This document shows, one piece after another, positions 30,817 to 41,980 of a stretch of 64,000 bases of DNA (positions are counted from its first letter, which is position 1; each line of letters begins with the position of its first letter). Below the pieces are notes generated by a model that had not been told where the DNA came from, ran no database searches, and saw nothing but the letters and a program-made list of their open reading frames with translations. The stretch comes from Alphaproteobacteria bacterium (GTDB taxonomy: Bacteria; Pseudomonadota; Alphaproteobacteria; JAAXGF01). Location: positions 192,001-256,000 of the forward strand of contig CAUVXB020000002.1 in the NCBI GenBank assembly GCA_963555825.3, written 5' to 3'. The translations under genes were made by a program, and so were the position numbers.

Positions 30817-32700
30817 TCATTCCTCGGATACCAACTCCAGTTCGTCCAGATCGGCCTCGTCGCCGGCGCTCGATTCAATTTGCCGGCCTAGGGCCTTGAT
30901 CCGCTCGAAGGCCTCGTCGGTCATGTTCTCCGCAAATTCCTCTTGGGCGGCGCGCAATTCGGTCCGCAGCGTCACGGCCCGCCTGTGGCGTGCCGAAACA
31001 TGGCGCCATCCCTTTTCGATCTCGGCCAACGGCACCCCCGGTTGCGCGAGTCGGTCGGCAAGGCGTCGTTCCGGCCAATCGGCCAGCGACGACAGGCCTT
31101 CGGCCAATGTCGCGCAACCCTGGCCAGAGAGGTGGCGTTTCAAGACCGCCGTGTCAAGCCCGGCGTCGTCATGCGCGATATTCAAAATGGCGCCGCGCAG
31201 CGCGTCGAGATCGCGGTCCCGGATTTCGAGCGCGGCGAATTCCTCCTCGACGGTGGCGAGCAGTTCAGGGTGGCCGACAACCATCGCCACCAGGAGTCGC
31301 TCGCGCCGCTCGCTCGAACCGTCGGTGCCACTGCCCAGCCAGTCGCTCATCGGCGGTTCGGGCAGAACCGGCGCGAAGCCCCGCCGTCGTGGCTCGCCGG
31401 GGCGGCGCTGGCCGTCCGAGCGTTCTGTGCGCCGGGCTCGGAAGATGTCCCACAGGCGGTCCTTGAAGTGTCGTTCGTAGTGGCTTCGCACCGTGCCGTC
31501 GCTAATTTCGCGCGCGAAGCCAAGCAAACGCGCCTCGCAATCGGCGCGCCGTTCCGGCGTGTCGATCGGTCGACCCGCCAGCACCATGTCAGTCAACAGA
31601 TCGGCCAGCGGCTGCGCCGCGGTGACCAGATCGCGGAACGCCTTGGCGCCGCGTTTGGCGATAATGCTGTCCGGATCGTCGCCTGGCGGCAGCGCGACGA
31701 AGCGCAGCGAACGCCCGGGACCGAGCAGTGGCAACGCGCGTTCGGCGGCGCGCCAAGCCGCTTTCCTGCCCGCCTCGTCACCGTCGAAACAGATGATCGG
31801 CTCGGGCGCGAGTCCCCAGAGCTCCCGGATTTGCGTCTCGGTCAGCGCCGTGCCCAGCGGCGCCACCGTGTTTTCGAAGCCCGCGCGGTGCAGTGCGATG
31901 ACGTCGGTATAGCCTTCGCAGACGACCACCTCGCGCGCTTCGCGCGCCGCCTTGCGCGCCATAGCGTGGCCATAGACCAGCGCGCCCTTGTGGAACAGCG
32001 TCGTCTCGGGCGAATTGAGGTACTTGGGCTTGCCGTCGCCGAGCGCGCGGCCACCGAAGGCGACGATGCGACCGCCGCGGTCGGTGATCGGGAAGATGAC
32101 GCGGCCACGGAAGCGGTCGTAGGACGTGCCGCCGTCATCGGGCACGATCAGCATGCCGGCGGCGACCATCATGGTCTCGCTGATTCCCTCTGCGGCCAGC
32201 GCGCGTTTCAGCGCAATGCGCGAATCGGGCGCCCAGCCGAGGCGGAATTTGGCGATCGTCGCGGCGTCGAGACCACGGCCGTTGAGGTAATCGCGCGCCT
32301 TGGCGCCGACCGTCTCGCCGAGCTGGCTCTCGAACCACGCGCAGGCCGCCTCGAGCACGGTATAGAGCGAGGTGCGCTCCTTCTCGCGGGCCTTGTCCTC
32401 GGGCGTCTGGCGGGGCAACGGCAGACCGGCCGCATCCGCCAGGCGTTCGACGGCCTCGGGGAAGGTCAGGTTGTCGATGCGCATGGCGAAGCCGATGACG
32501 TCGCCATGCTCGCCGCAGCCGAAGCAATGGAAGAAGCCCTTGTCCTCGCTCACCGTGAAGGACGGCGTCTTCTCGTTGTGGAAGGGGCATAACCCGACGT
32601 GTTCGCGGCCGCGCCGGGTCAGCCGCACGCGCCGGCCGATCGTGTCGGCGAGCGACACCCGTGCTCTGATCTCGTCGAGGAATTGGGGCGGAAACATCAT
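30817..32700 (-). CDS. dnaG: DNA primase
   Basis: CHC2 zinc finger 'CPFHNEKTPSF...CFGC', 'KYLNSPET', Toprim 'EGYTD...FDGD'. Confidence 0.97.
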   Translation of the reverse strand: MMFPPQFLDEIRARVSLADTIGRRVRLTRRGREHVGLCPFHNEKTPSFTVSEDKGFFHCFGCGEHGDVIGFAMRIDNLTFPEAVERLADAAGLPLPRQTPEDKAREKERTSLYTVLEAACAWFESQLGETVGAKARDYLNGRGLDAATIAKFRLGWAPDSRIALKRALAAEGISETMMVAAGMLIVPDDGGTSYDRFRGRVIFPITDRGGRIVAFGGRALGDGKPKYLNSPETTLFHKGALVYGHAMARKAAREAREVVVCEGYTDVIALHRAGFENTVAPLGTALTETQIRELWGLAPEPIICFDGDEAGRKAAWRAAERALPLLGPGRSLRFVALPPGDDPDSIIAKRGAKAFRDLVTAAQPLADLLTDMVLAGRPIDTPERRADCEARLLGFAREISDGTVRSHYERHFKDRLWDIFRARRTERSDGQRRPGEPRRRGFAPVLPEPPMSDWLGSGTDGSSERRERLLVAMVVGHPELLATVEEEFAALEIRDRDLDALRGAILNIAHDDAGLDTAVLKRHLSGQGCATLAEGLSSLADWPERRLADRLAQPGVPLAEIEKGWRHVSARHRRAVTLRTELRAAQEEFAENMTDEAFERIKALGRQIESSAGDEADLDELELVSEE

Positions 32701-32721
32701 CGCGCAGCCGCTCCCCGAATC

Positions 32722-33177
32722 TCAGCCAAGCATGACCTTGACCATCGCGCTGGTCTTGCCGAAGTCCATGCAGCCGGCATAGCGCGCCTTGAGCGCGGCC
32801 ATGGTGCGCCCCATGTCCTTGAGCCCGGTCGCGCCGAGTTCGGCGACGACCTCGCGCACCGCCGCCTCGATCTCGGCTTGGTCGAGCTGGCGCGGCAGGA
32901 AGACCTCGATCACCGTGATCTCTTCCGATTCGCGTTCGGCCAGGTCGACCCGGCCGCCCTCCTCGTAGAGTTTGATGCTGTCGCGCCGCTGGCGGACCAT
33001 CTTGGTCAGGAGCTGCAGGATTTCGGCGTCCGGGATGCCGTCGGTGTTGCCCTCGCCGCGCACCGCGATGTCGCGGTCCTTGACGGCGGCAAGGATGAGA
33101 CGCAGCGTCGAGACCCGGCGCGGGTCCTTGGCCTTCATCGCAACCTTGAGCGCGTCGGTCAATTCGTCGCGCAGCAT
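32722..33177 (-). CDS. GatB/YqeY domain protein
   Basis: 'ALKVAMKAKD...TLRLI', 'QRRDSIKLY', 'KDMGRTM'. Confidence 0.93.
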   Translation of the reverse strand: MLRDELTDALKVAMKAKDPRRVSTLRLILAAVKDRDIAVRGEGNTDGIPDAEILQLLTKMVRQRRDSIKLYEEGGRVDLAERESEEITVIEVFLPRQLDQAEIEAAVREVVAELGATGLKDMGRTMAALKARYAGCMDFGKTSAMVKVMLG

Positions 33178-33403
33178 TCTATGGGCGTCCGGGGAGCATG
33201 ATGATCGGCAAGCATAGACGGAAAGGCCCTTGGTGGCAAACGCAAATTCTTTTGTAAGTTATTGATTTATAATCTATTTTTCTTTTTAACAAGGGTTGAC
33301 GGCGCGACCGTATTTGCGTATCTTCCGCGCCGATTGCGAGGTCCACGCGCGCATTGGGGCGCCGCAGTGTACGGCCTCGCCGACCCGCCAGCGGCCAAAA
33401 CGC

Positions 33404-34573
33404 ATGCCCGACAGCAGTTCGCCGCCCGATCCCTCGGCCACGGCGGCACTCGTTCTCGCCGACGGCACAGTGTTTTGGGGGCGCGGCGCCGGCGCCGAAG
33501 GCCGCCGCGTCGGCGAGGTCTGCTTCAACACATCGATCACCGGCTACCAGGAAATCCTGACCGATCCGTCCTACGCCGGGCAGATCATCACCTTCACCTT
33601 CCCGCATATCGGCAACGTCGGCGCCAACGCCGAGGATATCGAGTCGACGACGCCGGCGGCGCGCGGCCTGGTGCTTTCCGCCGACATCACCGAGCCGTCG
33701 AACTTCCGATCCTTGCGTCACCTCGACGACTGGCTCAAGGCCAACGACCTGGCCGGCATCGCCGGCGTCGACACGCGGCGCCTGACCCGCCACCTGCGCG
33801 ACGGCGGTGCCCAGACCGGCGCGCTGGCGCACGGCGCGGCCGGTACGCTGGACATCGCCGCGCTGCGCGCCGAAGCGCAAGCCTGGCCGGGCCTCGAGGG
33901 CATGGATCTGGCCAAGGACGTCACCTGCCGCCAGACCTACGCCTGGGACGAGACGCGCTGGCGCCTGGGCGAGGGTTACGGCGTGCAGGACACGCCGCGC
34001 CGCCACGTCGTCGCGGTCGATTACGGCGCCAAGCGCAACATCCTGCGCTGCCTGGCGTCGGCCGGCTGTCGCGTCACCGTGGTGCCGGCGACGGCTTCCG
34101 CCGAGGACGTGCTGCGCCATGAGCCCGACGGCGTGTTCCTGTCGAACGGCCCAGGCGACCCGGCGGCGACCGGAACTTACGCCGTGCCGACGATCCAGGG
34201 CGTGCTGGCGGCCGGCGTGCCGATTTTCGGCATTTGCCTGGGCCACCAGATGCTCGCGCTGGCGCTCGGCGCGCGCACCGAGAAGATGCATTTCGGCCAC
34301 CGTGGCGCCAACCACCCGGTCAAGGACCTCGAGACCGGCAAGGTCGAGATCACCAGCCAGAACCACGGCTTCGTCGTCGATGCCGACAGCCTGCCCGCCG
34401 GCCTGCGCGCGACCCACGTCTCGTTGTTCGACGGCACGCTGGAAGGCTTCGCGCTCGACGGCAAGCCGGTCTTCGCCGTCCAGTACCACCCCGAAGCATC
34501 GCCCGGCCCGCAAGACAGCCACTACCTGTTCGAGCGCTTCGTCGCGATGATCGAAGCCCATGCCCAGGCGTAA
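33404..34573 (+). CDS. carA: Carbamoyl-phosphate synthase small subunit
   Basis: 'GEVCFNT...GYQEILTDPSY', 'SNGPGDP', 'GICLGHQ', 'QYHPEASPGP'. Confidence 0.97.
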   Translation: MPDSSSPPDPSATAALVLADGTVFWGRGAGAEGRRVGEVCFNTSITGYQEILTDPSYAGQIITFTFPHIGNVGANAEDIESTTPAARGLVLSADITEPSNFRSLRHLDDWLKANDLAGIAGVDTRRLTRHLRDGGAQTGALAHGAAGTLDIAALRAEAQAWPGLEGMDLAKDVTCRQTYAWDETRWRLGEGYGVQDTPRRHVVAVDYGAKRNILRCLASAGCRVTVVPATASAEDVLRHEPDGVFLSNGPGDPAATGTYAVPTIQGVLAAGVPIFGICLGHQMLALALGARTEKMHFGHRGANHPVKDLETGKVEITSQNHGFVVDADSLPAGLRATHVSLFDGTLEGFALDGKPVFAVQYHPEASPGPQDSHYLFERFVAMIEAHAQA

Positions 34574-34578
34574 CGAAA

Positions 34579-34789
34579 TGAACCACAGAGGCACAGAGAC
34601 ACAGAGAAAAAATAGAATAAGTTGTTTTGGCGCTTCGCGCCGAAGGCGGTCGGGCGCCATGACCCCTCTGTGTCTCTGTGTCTCTGTGTCTCTGTGTCTC
34701 TGTGTCTCTGTGTCTCTGTGTCTCTGTGTCTCTGTGTCTCTGTGTCTCTGTGTCTCTGTGTCTCTGTGTCTCTGTGTCTCTGTGGTTCA
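34579..34789. repeat. Inverted-repeat element with an 8-bp microsatellite (CTCTGTGT x ~15)
   Basis: TGAACCACAGAG...CTCTGTGGTTCA ends; tandem tract 34666-34784; related element at 59614-59731. Confidence 0.9.
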
Positions 34790-34815
34790 CTTAAAATCGT
34801 GGGAAACGCTCGCCC

Positions 34816-37800
34816 ATGCCTAAACGCACCGACATCTCGTCGATCCTGATCATCGGCGCCGGGCCGATCGTCATCGGGCAGGCGTGCGAGTTCGACTACG
34901 CCGGGACGCAGGCGTGCAAGGCGCTCAAGGACGAGGGCTACCGCGTCGTGCTGGTCAATTCGAACCCGGCGACGATCATGACCGACGCCGACCTCGCCGA
35001 CGCGACCTATATCGAACCGGTGACGACCGAGATGGTCGCCAAGGTCATCGAACGCGAACGGCCCGACGCATTGCTCCCCACCATGGGCGGACAAACCGGC
35101 CTCAATACCGCGCTCAGCCTCGCGCGCGACGGCGTGCTCGAGCGTTTCGGCGTCGAGATGATCGGCGCCACGCGCGACGCCATCGACAAGGCCGAGGACC
35201 GCGACCGCTTCCGCGAGGCGATGGCCAACATCGGCCTGGAGTGCCCGCGCAGCCGTCTCGCCCACGACCTGGCCGAGGCGCGCGAAGCGCTCGAATTCGT
35301 CGGCCTGCCGGCGATCATCCGGCCCAACTTCACGCTCGGCGGCTTGGGCGCCGGGGTCGTCTACCAGCGCGGCGAGTTCGACGCCGCCGTCGCCACCGGG
35401 CTCGATGCCTCGCCGACCCACGAGGTGCTGATCGAGGAGTCGGTGCTCGGCTGGAAGGAATTCGAGATGGAGGTCGTGCGCGACCGCGCCGACAACTGCA
35501 TCATCGTCTGCTCGATCGAGAATATCGACCCGATGGGCATCCACACCGGCGATTCGATGACCGTGGCGCCGGCGCTGACGCTGACCGACAAGGAATACCA
35601 GCTGATGCGCAACGCCTCGATCGCGGTGTTGCGCGAGATCGGCGTCGACACCGGCGGCTCGAACGTCCAGTTCGCGATCGATCCGGCCGACGGCCGCATG
35701 CTCGTCATCGAGATGAACCCGCGCGTTTCACGCTCGTCGGCGCTGGCCTCCAAGGCGACCGGCTTCCCGATCGCCAAGGTCGCCGCCAAGCTCGCGGTCG
35801 GCTATACGCTGGATGAAATCGACAATGACATCACCGGCGTCACGCCGGCCTCGTTCGAGCCGACCATCGACTATGTCGTTACCAAGGTGCCGCGCTTCAC
35901 CTTCGAGAAGTTCCCGGGCACCGAGGCGCTCCTGACGACCTCGATGAAATCGGTCGGCGAGGCCATGTCGATCGGCCGTAACTTCGCCGAATCACTGCAA
36001 AAGGCGCTGTGCTCGCTCGAGATCGGGCTCACCGGTCTCAACGAGGTCGCGGTGCCGGGCTACACGCCGGGCGGCGGCACCGGGCCGCTGCGCGCCGCAC
36101 TGGCGCGTCCGACGCCCGACCGGCTGTTGGTCATCGCCCAGGCGTTCCGCGAGGGCCTGACGATCGACGAGGTGCGCGCCGCCTGCCACTTCGACCCCTG
36201 GTTCCTGGCGCAGATCGCCGATCTCGTGGCCGTCGAGGCGGACGTCCGCACGAGCGGCCTGCCGGGCGATCACACCGGTCTGCTCAGGCTCAAGAAGATG
36301 GGTTTCTCGGACGCCCGCCTGGCCGAGCTCGCGGGCACCGACGAAGCCGCCGTTTGGGCGGCGCGCGGGACGCACGGCGTGCACCCCGTGTACAAGCGCA
36401 TCGACACCTGTGCCGCCGAGTTCGAGGCGCGCACGCCCTATATGTACTCGTGCTACGAGGGCGACGGGACGGCGCCGGCCGAATGCGAGGCCCAGGCCAG
36501 CGACCGGCGCAAGGTGATCATCCTGGGCGGCGGCCCGAACCGCATCGGCCAGGGCATAGAGTTCGACTATTGCTGCGTCCACGCCGCCTTCGGCCTCGCC
36601 GACGCCGGCATCGAGACGATCATGGTCAACTGCAACCCCGAGACCGTCTCGACCGACTACGACACCTCGGATCGGCTCTACTTCGAGCCGCTGACCACCG
36701 AGCACGTCATCGAGCTGGCGCGCGTCGAGCAGGCGCGCGGCACGCTGATCGGCGTCATCGTCCAGCTCGGCGGGCAGACGCCGCTGCGCCTCGCCGATGC
36801 GCTCGAGACCGCCGGCGTGCCGATCATCGGCACGACGCCCGACGCCATCGATCTGGCCGAGGACCGCGAGCGCTTTCAAGCGCTGCTCGAGCACCTCGGC
36901 CTGCGTCAGCCGGCCAACGGCACCTGCCGGTCGGTCGACGAGGCGCTCGCGATCGCCACGCGGATCGGCTACCCGGTCGTCATGCGGCCATCGTACGTGC
37001 TCGGCGGCCGCGCCATGGAGATCGTCCATGACGCCGCGTCGCTGACCCATTATCTCGGCCACGCGGTCAAGGCCTCGGGCGACAATCCGGTGCTGATCGA
37101 CGCCTATCTCCGCGATGCCGTCGAGGTCGACGTCGATGCGCTGGCCGACGGCGAGAGGGTCTTCGTCGCCGGCATATTGGAGCATATCGAGGAGGCCGGC
37201 GTGCATTCGGGCGACTCGGCCTGTTCGCTGCCGCCCTATTCGCTGGCGCCCGCCGTGCTCGACGACATTCGCCGCCAGACCGAGGCGCTGGCGCGCGCGC
37301 TCGGCGTCGTCGGGCTGATGAACGTCCAGTTCGCGGTCAAGGACGACGAGGTCTACGTCCTCGAGGTCAACCCGAGGGCGAGCCGCACGGTGCCCTTCGT
37401 CGCCAAGACCATCGGCGTGCCGATCGCCAAGATCGCGGCGCGGGTCATGGCCGGCGAACCGCTCGCGTCGTTCGGTCTGAAAACCGTCGAGGTGCCGCAT
37501 ATCGCGGTCAAGGAAGCGGTCTTCCCGTTTTCGCGCTTTCCCGGTGTCGACATCATTTTGGGGCCGGAAATGAAGTCGACCGGCGAGGTCATGGGGCTCG
37601 ACCGCGATTTTGGCCGCGCCTTCGCCAAGTCGCAGCTGGCGATCGGCGCCTCGGTGCCCGAGGGCGGCACGGTGTTCGTCTCGGTCAAGGATTCCGACAA
37701 ATCCGCGATGGTGCCGCTGCTCACCGAGTTGATCGGCCTCGGCTTCTCGCTCGCGGCGACGCGTGGCACGGCGAGCTTCCTCGAAGGCCGGGGCCTCGCC

Positions 37801-38073
37801 GTCCGCATCGTCAACAAGGTCGCCGAGGGCCGGCCACACTGTGTCGACGCGATCGAGAACGGCGACTTCGCGCTCGTCTTCAATACAACCGAGGGCGCCC
37901 AGGCGATCGCCGACTCATTTTCGCTCAGGCGTGCCACCCTGCTCAACAGGGTGCCCTACCACACCACGGTGCCCGGCTGCCGCGCCATGGTCCAGGCGAT
38001 CAACGCGATTACCGCGGGCGACCTTGAAGTCGACCCCTTACAGTCTTATCGTATTCAGTCTGCCGGCGATTGA
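34816..38073 (+). CDS. carB: Carbamoyl-phosphate synthase large subunit
   Basis: 'MPKRTDI...IGQACEFDY', duplicated ATP-grasp domains, C-terminal MGS domain. Confidence 0.98.
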   Translation: MPKRTDISSILIIGAGPIVIGQACEFDYAGTQACKALKDEGYRVVLVNSNPATIMTDADLADATYIEPVTTEMVAKVIERERPDALLPTMGGQTGLNTALSLARDGVLERFGVEMIGATRDAIDKAEDRDRFREAMANIGLECPRSRLAHDLAEAREALEFVGLPAIIRPNFTLGGLGAGVVYQRGEFDAAVATGLDASPTHEVLIEESVLGWKEFEMEVVRDRADNCIIVCSIENIDPMGIHTGDSMTVAPALTLTDKEYQLMRNASIAVLREIGVDTGGSNVQFAIDPADGRMLVIEMNPRVSRSSALASKATGFPIAKVAAKLAVGYTLDEIDNDITGVTPASFEPTIDYVVTKVPRFTFEKFPGTEALLTTSMKSVGEAMSIGRNFAESLQKALCSLEIGLTGLNEVAVPGYTPGGGTGPLRAALARPTPDRLLVIAQAFREGLTIDEVRAACHFDPWFLAQIADLVAVEADVRTSGLPGDHTGLLRLKKMGFSDARLAELAGTDEAAVWAARGTHGVHPVYKRIDTCAAEFEARTPYMYSCYEGDGTAPAECEAQASDRRKVIILGGGPNRIGQGIEFDYCCVHAAFGLADAGIETIMVNCNPETVSTDYDTSDRLYFEPLTTEHVIELARVEQARGTLIGVIVQLGGQTPLRLADALETAGVPIIGTTPDAIDLAEDRERFQALLEHLGLRQPANGTCRSVDEALAIATRIGYPVVMRPSYVLGGRAMEIVHDAASLTHYLGHAVKASGDNPVLIDAYLRDAVEVDVDALADGERVFVAGILEHIEEAGVHSGDSACSLPPYSLAPAVLDDIRRQTEALARALGVVGLMNVQFAVKDDEVYVLEVNPRASRTVPFVAKTIGVPIAKIAARVMAGEPLASFGLKTVEVPHIAVKEAVFPFSRFPGVDIILGPEMKSTGEVMGLDRDFGRAFAKSQLAIGASVPEGGTVFVSVKDSDKSAMVPLLTELIGLGFSLAATRGTASFLEGRGLAVRIVNKVAEGRPHCVDAIENGDFALVFNTTEGAQAIADSFSLRRATLLNRVPYHTTVPGCRAMVQAINAITAGDLEVDPLQSYRIQSAGD

Positions 38074-38117
38074 TCGTCGGCGGCGACTGAGTCGAACTTG
38101 TGTGCGATAGGCCTGCC

Positions 38118-38591
38118 ATGAACAAGGTTCCGATGACCAGCCGGAGCTTCGAGCACCTCGAAGAGGAGCTGCGTCGCATCAAGTCCGTCGACCGGCCGGC
38201 GGTCATTCGCGCGATCGGCGAGGCGCGCGAGCACGGCGACATTTCCGAGAACGCCGAGTATCACGCCGCCAAGGAGCGCCAAGGCTATATCGAGGCGCGC
38301 GTGCGTGTGCTCGAGGACAAGATCAGCCGTGCCGACGTCATCGACATCAGCAAACTGTCGGGCGACGCCGTCAAGTTCGGCGCGACGGTCGCCGTGGCCG
38401 ACGAGGAGACCGACGAGGAGATGACGTATCAGATCGTCGGCACCGACGAGGCCGACATCAAGGAAGGGCTGCTCTCGGTCACCTCGCCGCTGGGCCGCGC
38501 GCTAATCGGCAAGACGTCCGGAGATTTGGTCGACGTTCACACGCCGCGCGGTCTCAAGAGCTACGAGATCCTCAGCGTCAGTTTCGACTGA
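38118..38591 (+). CDS. greA: Transcription elongation factor GreA
   Basis: 'AREHGDISENAEYHAAKE', 'SPLGRALIGK'. Confidence 0.96.
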   Translation: MNKVPMTSRSFEHLEEELRRIKSVDRPAVIRAIGEAREHGDISENAEYHAAKERQGYIEARVRVLEDKISRADVIDISKLSGDAVKFGATVAVADEETDEEMTYQIVGTDEADIKEGLLSVTSPLGRALIGKTSGDLVDVHTPRGLKSYEILSVSFD

Positions 38592-38619
38592 CGCGGCCGG
38601 CGCCGCTCGCGCGCGACCG

Positions 38620-39591
38620 ATGGCCGCCGAGACCTGCTGGGCCTTAAGCGACGGCAAGGCCGGCAACGAGAACTCCTGTCTGGGTCTCGCCGAGGCGGTC
38701 GGGCTTTCGACCATCGTCAAACGTGTCCGGCCACGCGCGCCCTGGTCGTATCTGCCGCCACAGCTATGGTTCGCACCGTTCAGCGCGCCGGGACCGGGCA
38801 GCGACCCGCTGGCGCCGCCGTGGCCCGACCTGCTGATCGCCGCCGGGCGGCAGAGCGTGGCGCTCTCGATCGCCATCAAGCGGGCCAGCGACGGCCGCTG
38901 CTTTACCGTCCAACTGCTCGACCCGCGCGTCGACCCGGCCAACTTCGATCTGGTCGTCGCGCCCAAGCACGATCGCCTCGAAGGCGCCAACGTGATTGTG
39001 ACGCGCGGCGCGCTTAACCGGATCACGCCGGAGCGCCTCGCCGACGCCGCTCGCGAATTCGAGGTCACTGTCGGGGCGCTGCCCAGCCCGCGCGTCGCCG
39101 TCCTGATCGGCGGCGCCAGCAAACACCACCGCATGTCAGCGGCGGAGGCCACGGCGATCGGCGAGCGGCTGGCCAGCTTTGCCCGAGCGTCGGGCGCCGG
39201 GCTCATGGTCACGACGTCGCGCCGCACCGGCGCCGACAACACCGCTGTCCTGCAGGCGAAACTCGGTGACGTCGGCGCGCTGATTTGGGACGGCGCGGGC
39301 GCCAACCCCTATTTCGGCTATCTCGCGCACGCCGAGGCGATCATCGTGACCAGCGATTCGGTGGCCATGACATCCGAGGCTTGCGCCACCGGCAAGCCGG
39401 TCTTCGTCATCGAACTGCCCGGTGGATCGGCCAAGTTGGAGCGTTTTCACCACGCGCTCGCCGAGGCCGGCTGCACGCGCCCGTTCGCCGATGCCGTCGC
39501 CGCCGGTGGCTTGGAGAGCTGGCGATACACGGCGCTCGGCGAGACCGCGAGCGTCGCGGGCGAGGTGCGCCGGCGACTCGGCATCGGTTGA
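38620..39591 (+). CDS. Mitochondrial fission ELM1 family protein
   Basis: 'SDGKAGNEN', 'WPDLLIAAGR', 'TTSRRT', 'NPYFGYL...VTSDSVAMTSEA'. Confidence 0.9.
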   Translation: MAAETCWALSDGKAGNENSCLGLAEAVGLSTIVKRVRPRAPWSYLPPQLWFAPFSAPGPGSDPLAPPWPDLLIAAGRQSVALSIAIKRASDGRCFTVQLLDPRVDPANFDLVVAPKHDRLEGANVIVTRGALNRITPERLADAAREFEVTVGALPSPRVAVLIGGASKHHRMSAAEATAIGERLASFARASGAGLMVTTSRRTGADNTAVLQAKLGDVGALIWDGAGANPYFGYLAHAEAIIVTSDSVAMTSEACATGKPVFVIELPGGSAKLERFHHALAEAGCTRPFADAVAAGGLESWRYTALGETASVAGEVRRRLGIG

Positions 39592-39706
39592 GCCATGCGC
39601 GTCGCATGGCGCACGCCAAAGCGCTGGCGGCAGACGACGAGGCACGATAGGTTACGAGCACTTGCGCGGCGACGCGGCCGGCCCTATCTGCCTTGAGACG
39701 AACGAC

Positions 39707-40675
39707 ATGGCAAACGAACATCATTCCCGGGTTTTGATCATCGGTTCCGGCGCCGCCGGCTACACCGCCGCGGTCTATGCCGCGCGCGCCAATCTCAAGC
39801 CGATGCTGGTGCAGGGTCTGCAGCCCGGCGGCCAGATGACGATCACCACCGACGTCGAAAACTATCCCGGTTTCGCCGAGGTCATCCAGGGCCCCTGGCT
39901 GATGGAGCAAATGGAAGCGCAGGCGCGCAACGTCGGCACGCAGATGATCGCCGACATCATCACCGAGGTCGATTTCGCGCGCCGTCCGTTCCGTTGTGTC
40001 GGCGATTCGGGCGACGTCTACTACGGCGACGCGCTGATCATCGCGACCGGCGCCCAGGCGCGCTGGCTCGGGCTCGAAAGCGAGCAGCGCTTCCAGGGTT
40101 TCGGCGTGTCGGCCTGCGCGACTTGTGACGGCTTCTTCTTCCGCGAGCGCGAGGTGATCGTGGTCGGCGGCGGCAATACTGCGGTCGAGGAGGCGATCTT
40201 TCTGACCAACTTCGCCTCGAAGGTCATCCTGGTGCACCGCCGCGATACGCTGCGCGCCGAAAAAATCATGCAGGACCGGTTGTTCGCCAACCCGAAGATT
40301 TCAGTGATTTGGGACACCGTCATCGACGAGATCCTCGGCACCGAAGACCCTCTCGGCGTGACCGCCGCACGAATGCACAACATCAAGACCGGCGCGACGC
40401 GCGAGATCGCCGCCGACGGCGTGTTCATCGCCATCGGCCACGACCCCGCGACGCAGCTCTTCAAGGGCTTGGTCGAGATGGATGACGAGGGCTACATCGT
40501 GACCGCGCCCGACAACACGGTGACCGGCGTGCCCGGTGTCTTCGCGGCCGGCGACGTGCGCGACAAGGTCTACCGCCAGGCGGTGACGGCGGCGGGCATG
40601 GGCTGCATGGCGGCGCTCGACGCCGAGCGGTTCCTCGCCGAGCACGCCCTCGAAGAATCGGCGGCCGCCGAGTAG
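39707..40675 (+). CDS. trxB: Thioredoxin reductase
   Basis: 'IIGSGAAG', 'CATCDG', 'GGGNTAVEE', 'YRQAVTAAG'. Confidence 0.96.
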   Translation: MANEHHSRVLIIGSGAAGYTAAVYAARANLKPMLVQGLQPGGQMTITTDVENYPGFAEVIQGPWLMEQMEAQARNVGTQMIADIITEVDFARRPFRCVGDSGDVYYGDALIIATGAQARWLGLESEQRFQGFGVSACATCDGFFFREREVIVVGGGNTAVEEAIFLTNFASKVILVHRRDTLRAEKIMQDRLFANPKISVIWDTVIDEILGTEDPLGVTAARMHNIKTGATREIAADGVFIAIGHDPATQLFKGLVEMDDEGYIVTAPDNTVTGVPGVFAAGDVRDKVYRQAVTAAGMGCMAALDAERFLAEHALEESAAAE

Positions 40676-40702
40676 CGCGCCATCACCCATCGGCAATGAA
40701 TC

Positions 40703-41593
40703 ATGGACTGGGATAAACTTCGCGTCTTTCACGCCGTCGCCGATGCCGGCAGCTTCACCCGCGCGGGCGACCTCTTGAACCTGAGCCAGTCGGCGGTCAG
40801 CCGTCAGATCGGCGCGCTCGAAGAGGACCTGCGCGTGCCGCTGTTCCACCGCCATGCGCGCGGCCTGATCCTTACCGAGCAGGGCGAGACGCTTTACCGG
40901 ACGGCACACGAGGTTTTTTCCAAGGTGCAGATGGCCGAGGCCATGCTCGCCGAGGACAAGGTGCATCCCTCGGGCCCGTTGACGATAACGGCGACCATCG
41001 GCTTCAGCATCGTCTGGCTGACGCCGCGCATGGTCGAGTTCCAGAAGCTCTATCCCGAGATCGAGATGACGCTGATCGCCGAGGATCGCGAGCTCGACCT
41101 TTCGATGCGCGAGGCCGACCTCGCCATCCGCATGCGCGCGCCGACCCAGCTCGACCTGGTGCAGCGCCGCCTGATGACGGTGCACAACCACGCCTATGCA
41201 TCACCGGCCTACCTCGAGGAGCACGGCACGCCGATCGATGTCGCCGACCTCGACGACCACCGTTTGATCGTCTACAGCGATGGTCCGCTGTCGCGCGTGA
41301 CCATGCCCAACTGGCTATTGCGCGCCGGTGAAAACGCTGACAAGCCGCGCCGGCCGGTGCTGAAGGTGAACAACATCCTCGCCATGCTGCGCGCGGTCGA
41401 GAGCGGCCTTGGCATCGCCGCGCTGCCCGATTACATCGTGCGCGACCATTCGGGCGCGGTGTGGGTCATGCCCGAACTCGAAGGCCCGTCGATCGAGACT
41501 TATTTCGTCTACCCCGAGGAACTGCGCCACTCGAAGCGGATCGCGGTATTTCGCGATTTCCTCCTCAAAAAGGTCAAGCAGTCCGGCTTTTAG
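40703..41593 (+). CDS. LysR regulator, probable LsrB/VtlR ortholog
   Basis: 'MDWDKLRVFHAVA...LFHRHARGLILTEQGE'; trxB-lysR order is conserved in Alphaproteobacteria. Confidence 0.88.
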   Translation: MDWDKLRVFHAVADAGSFTRAGDLLNLSQSAVSRQIGALEEDLRVPLFHRHARGLILTEQGETLYRTAHEVFSKVQMAEAMLAEDKVHPSGPLTITATIGFSIVWLTPRMVEFQKLYPEIEMTLIAEDRELDLSMREADLAIRMRAPTQLDLVQRRLMTVHNHAYASPAYLEEHGTPIDVADLDDHRLIVYSDGPLSRVTMPNWLLRAGENADKPRRPVLKVNNILAMLRAVESGLGIAALPDYIVRDHSGAVWVMPELEGPSIETYFVYPEELRHSKRIAVFRDFLLKKVKQSGF

Positions 41594-41858
41594 TGGATAG
41601 GATCCAACATAGGACACTCATACGATCCCATACCCCGGTTTCTCGGCAGGCGAGCGCCCGCCGGCGATGCCTTTGCATCGGCAAGGGTGTTCGACGCCCC
41701 GAGAAGCCGGGATATGGCACCCGCAGGGCGGCGTCCCAAGGCCGCCGGACGCGTTGCCCGATGCTCGTGATGCTCCAGCATCACCGCACATCGGTCGCCT
41801 TTCCGGGCGACCTTGGGACGCCGTCGTATGGGTGCCATATGTTGCATTCTATCCACTA
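41591..41858. repeat. ~268-bp two-armed palindromic element, copy A
   Basis: Terminal stem TAGTGGATAG...CTATCCACTA; near-identical to 42912-43179; overlaps the lysR stop. Confidence 0.9.
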
Positions 41859-41864
41859 GGTCGA

Positions 41865-41885
41865 GCCATGCGTCGGACGCATGGC
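41865..41885. promoter_or_regulatory. Palindrome with T-N11-A LysR-type box
   Basis: GCCATGCGTC-G-GACGCATGGC upstream of the candidate sRNA. Confidence 0.45.
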
Positions 41886-41980
41886 GGCATTGCTCCCAGA
41901 GACCTAGAACCCGCGCCGCATAACGCTTATCTCCAGGATTAGACGAACGGCACCGGTATCTCATCGATCCATCGCCGTTC

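Noticed and set aside
34666-34784. Possible CRISPR array or repeat protein (HRDTETQR / LCLCVSVS ORFs)
   Set aside because: Pure 8-bp tandem repeat with no spacers; the peptide repeats are translations of the microsatellite
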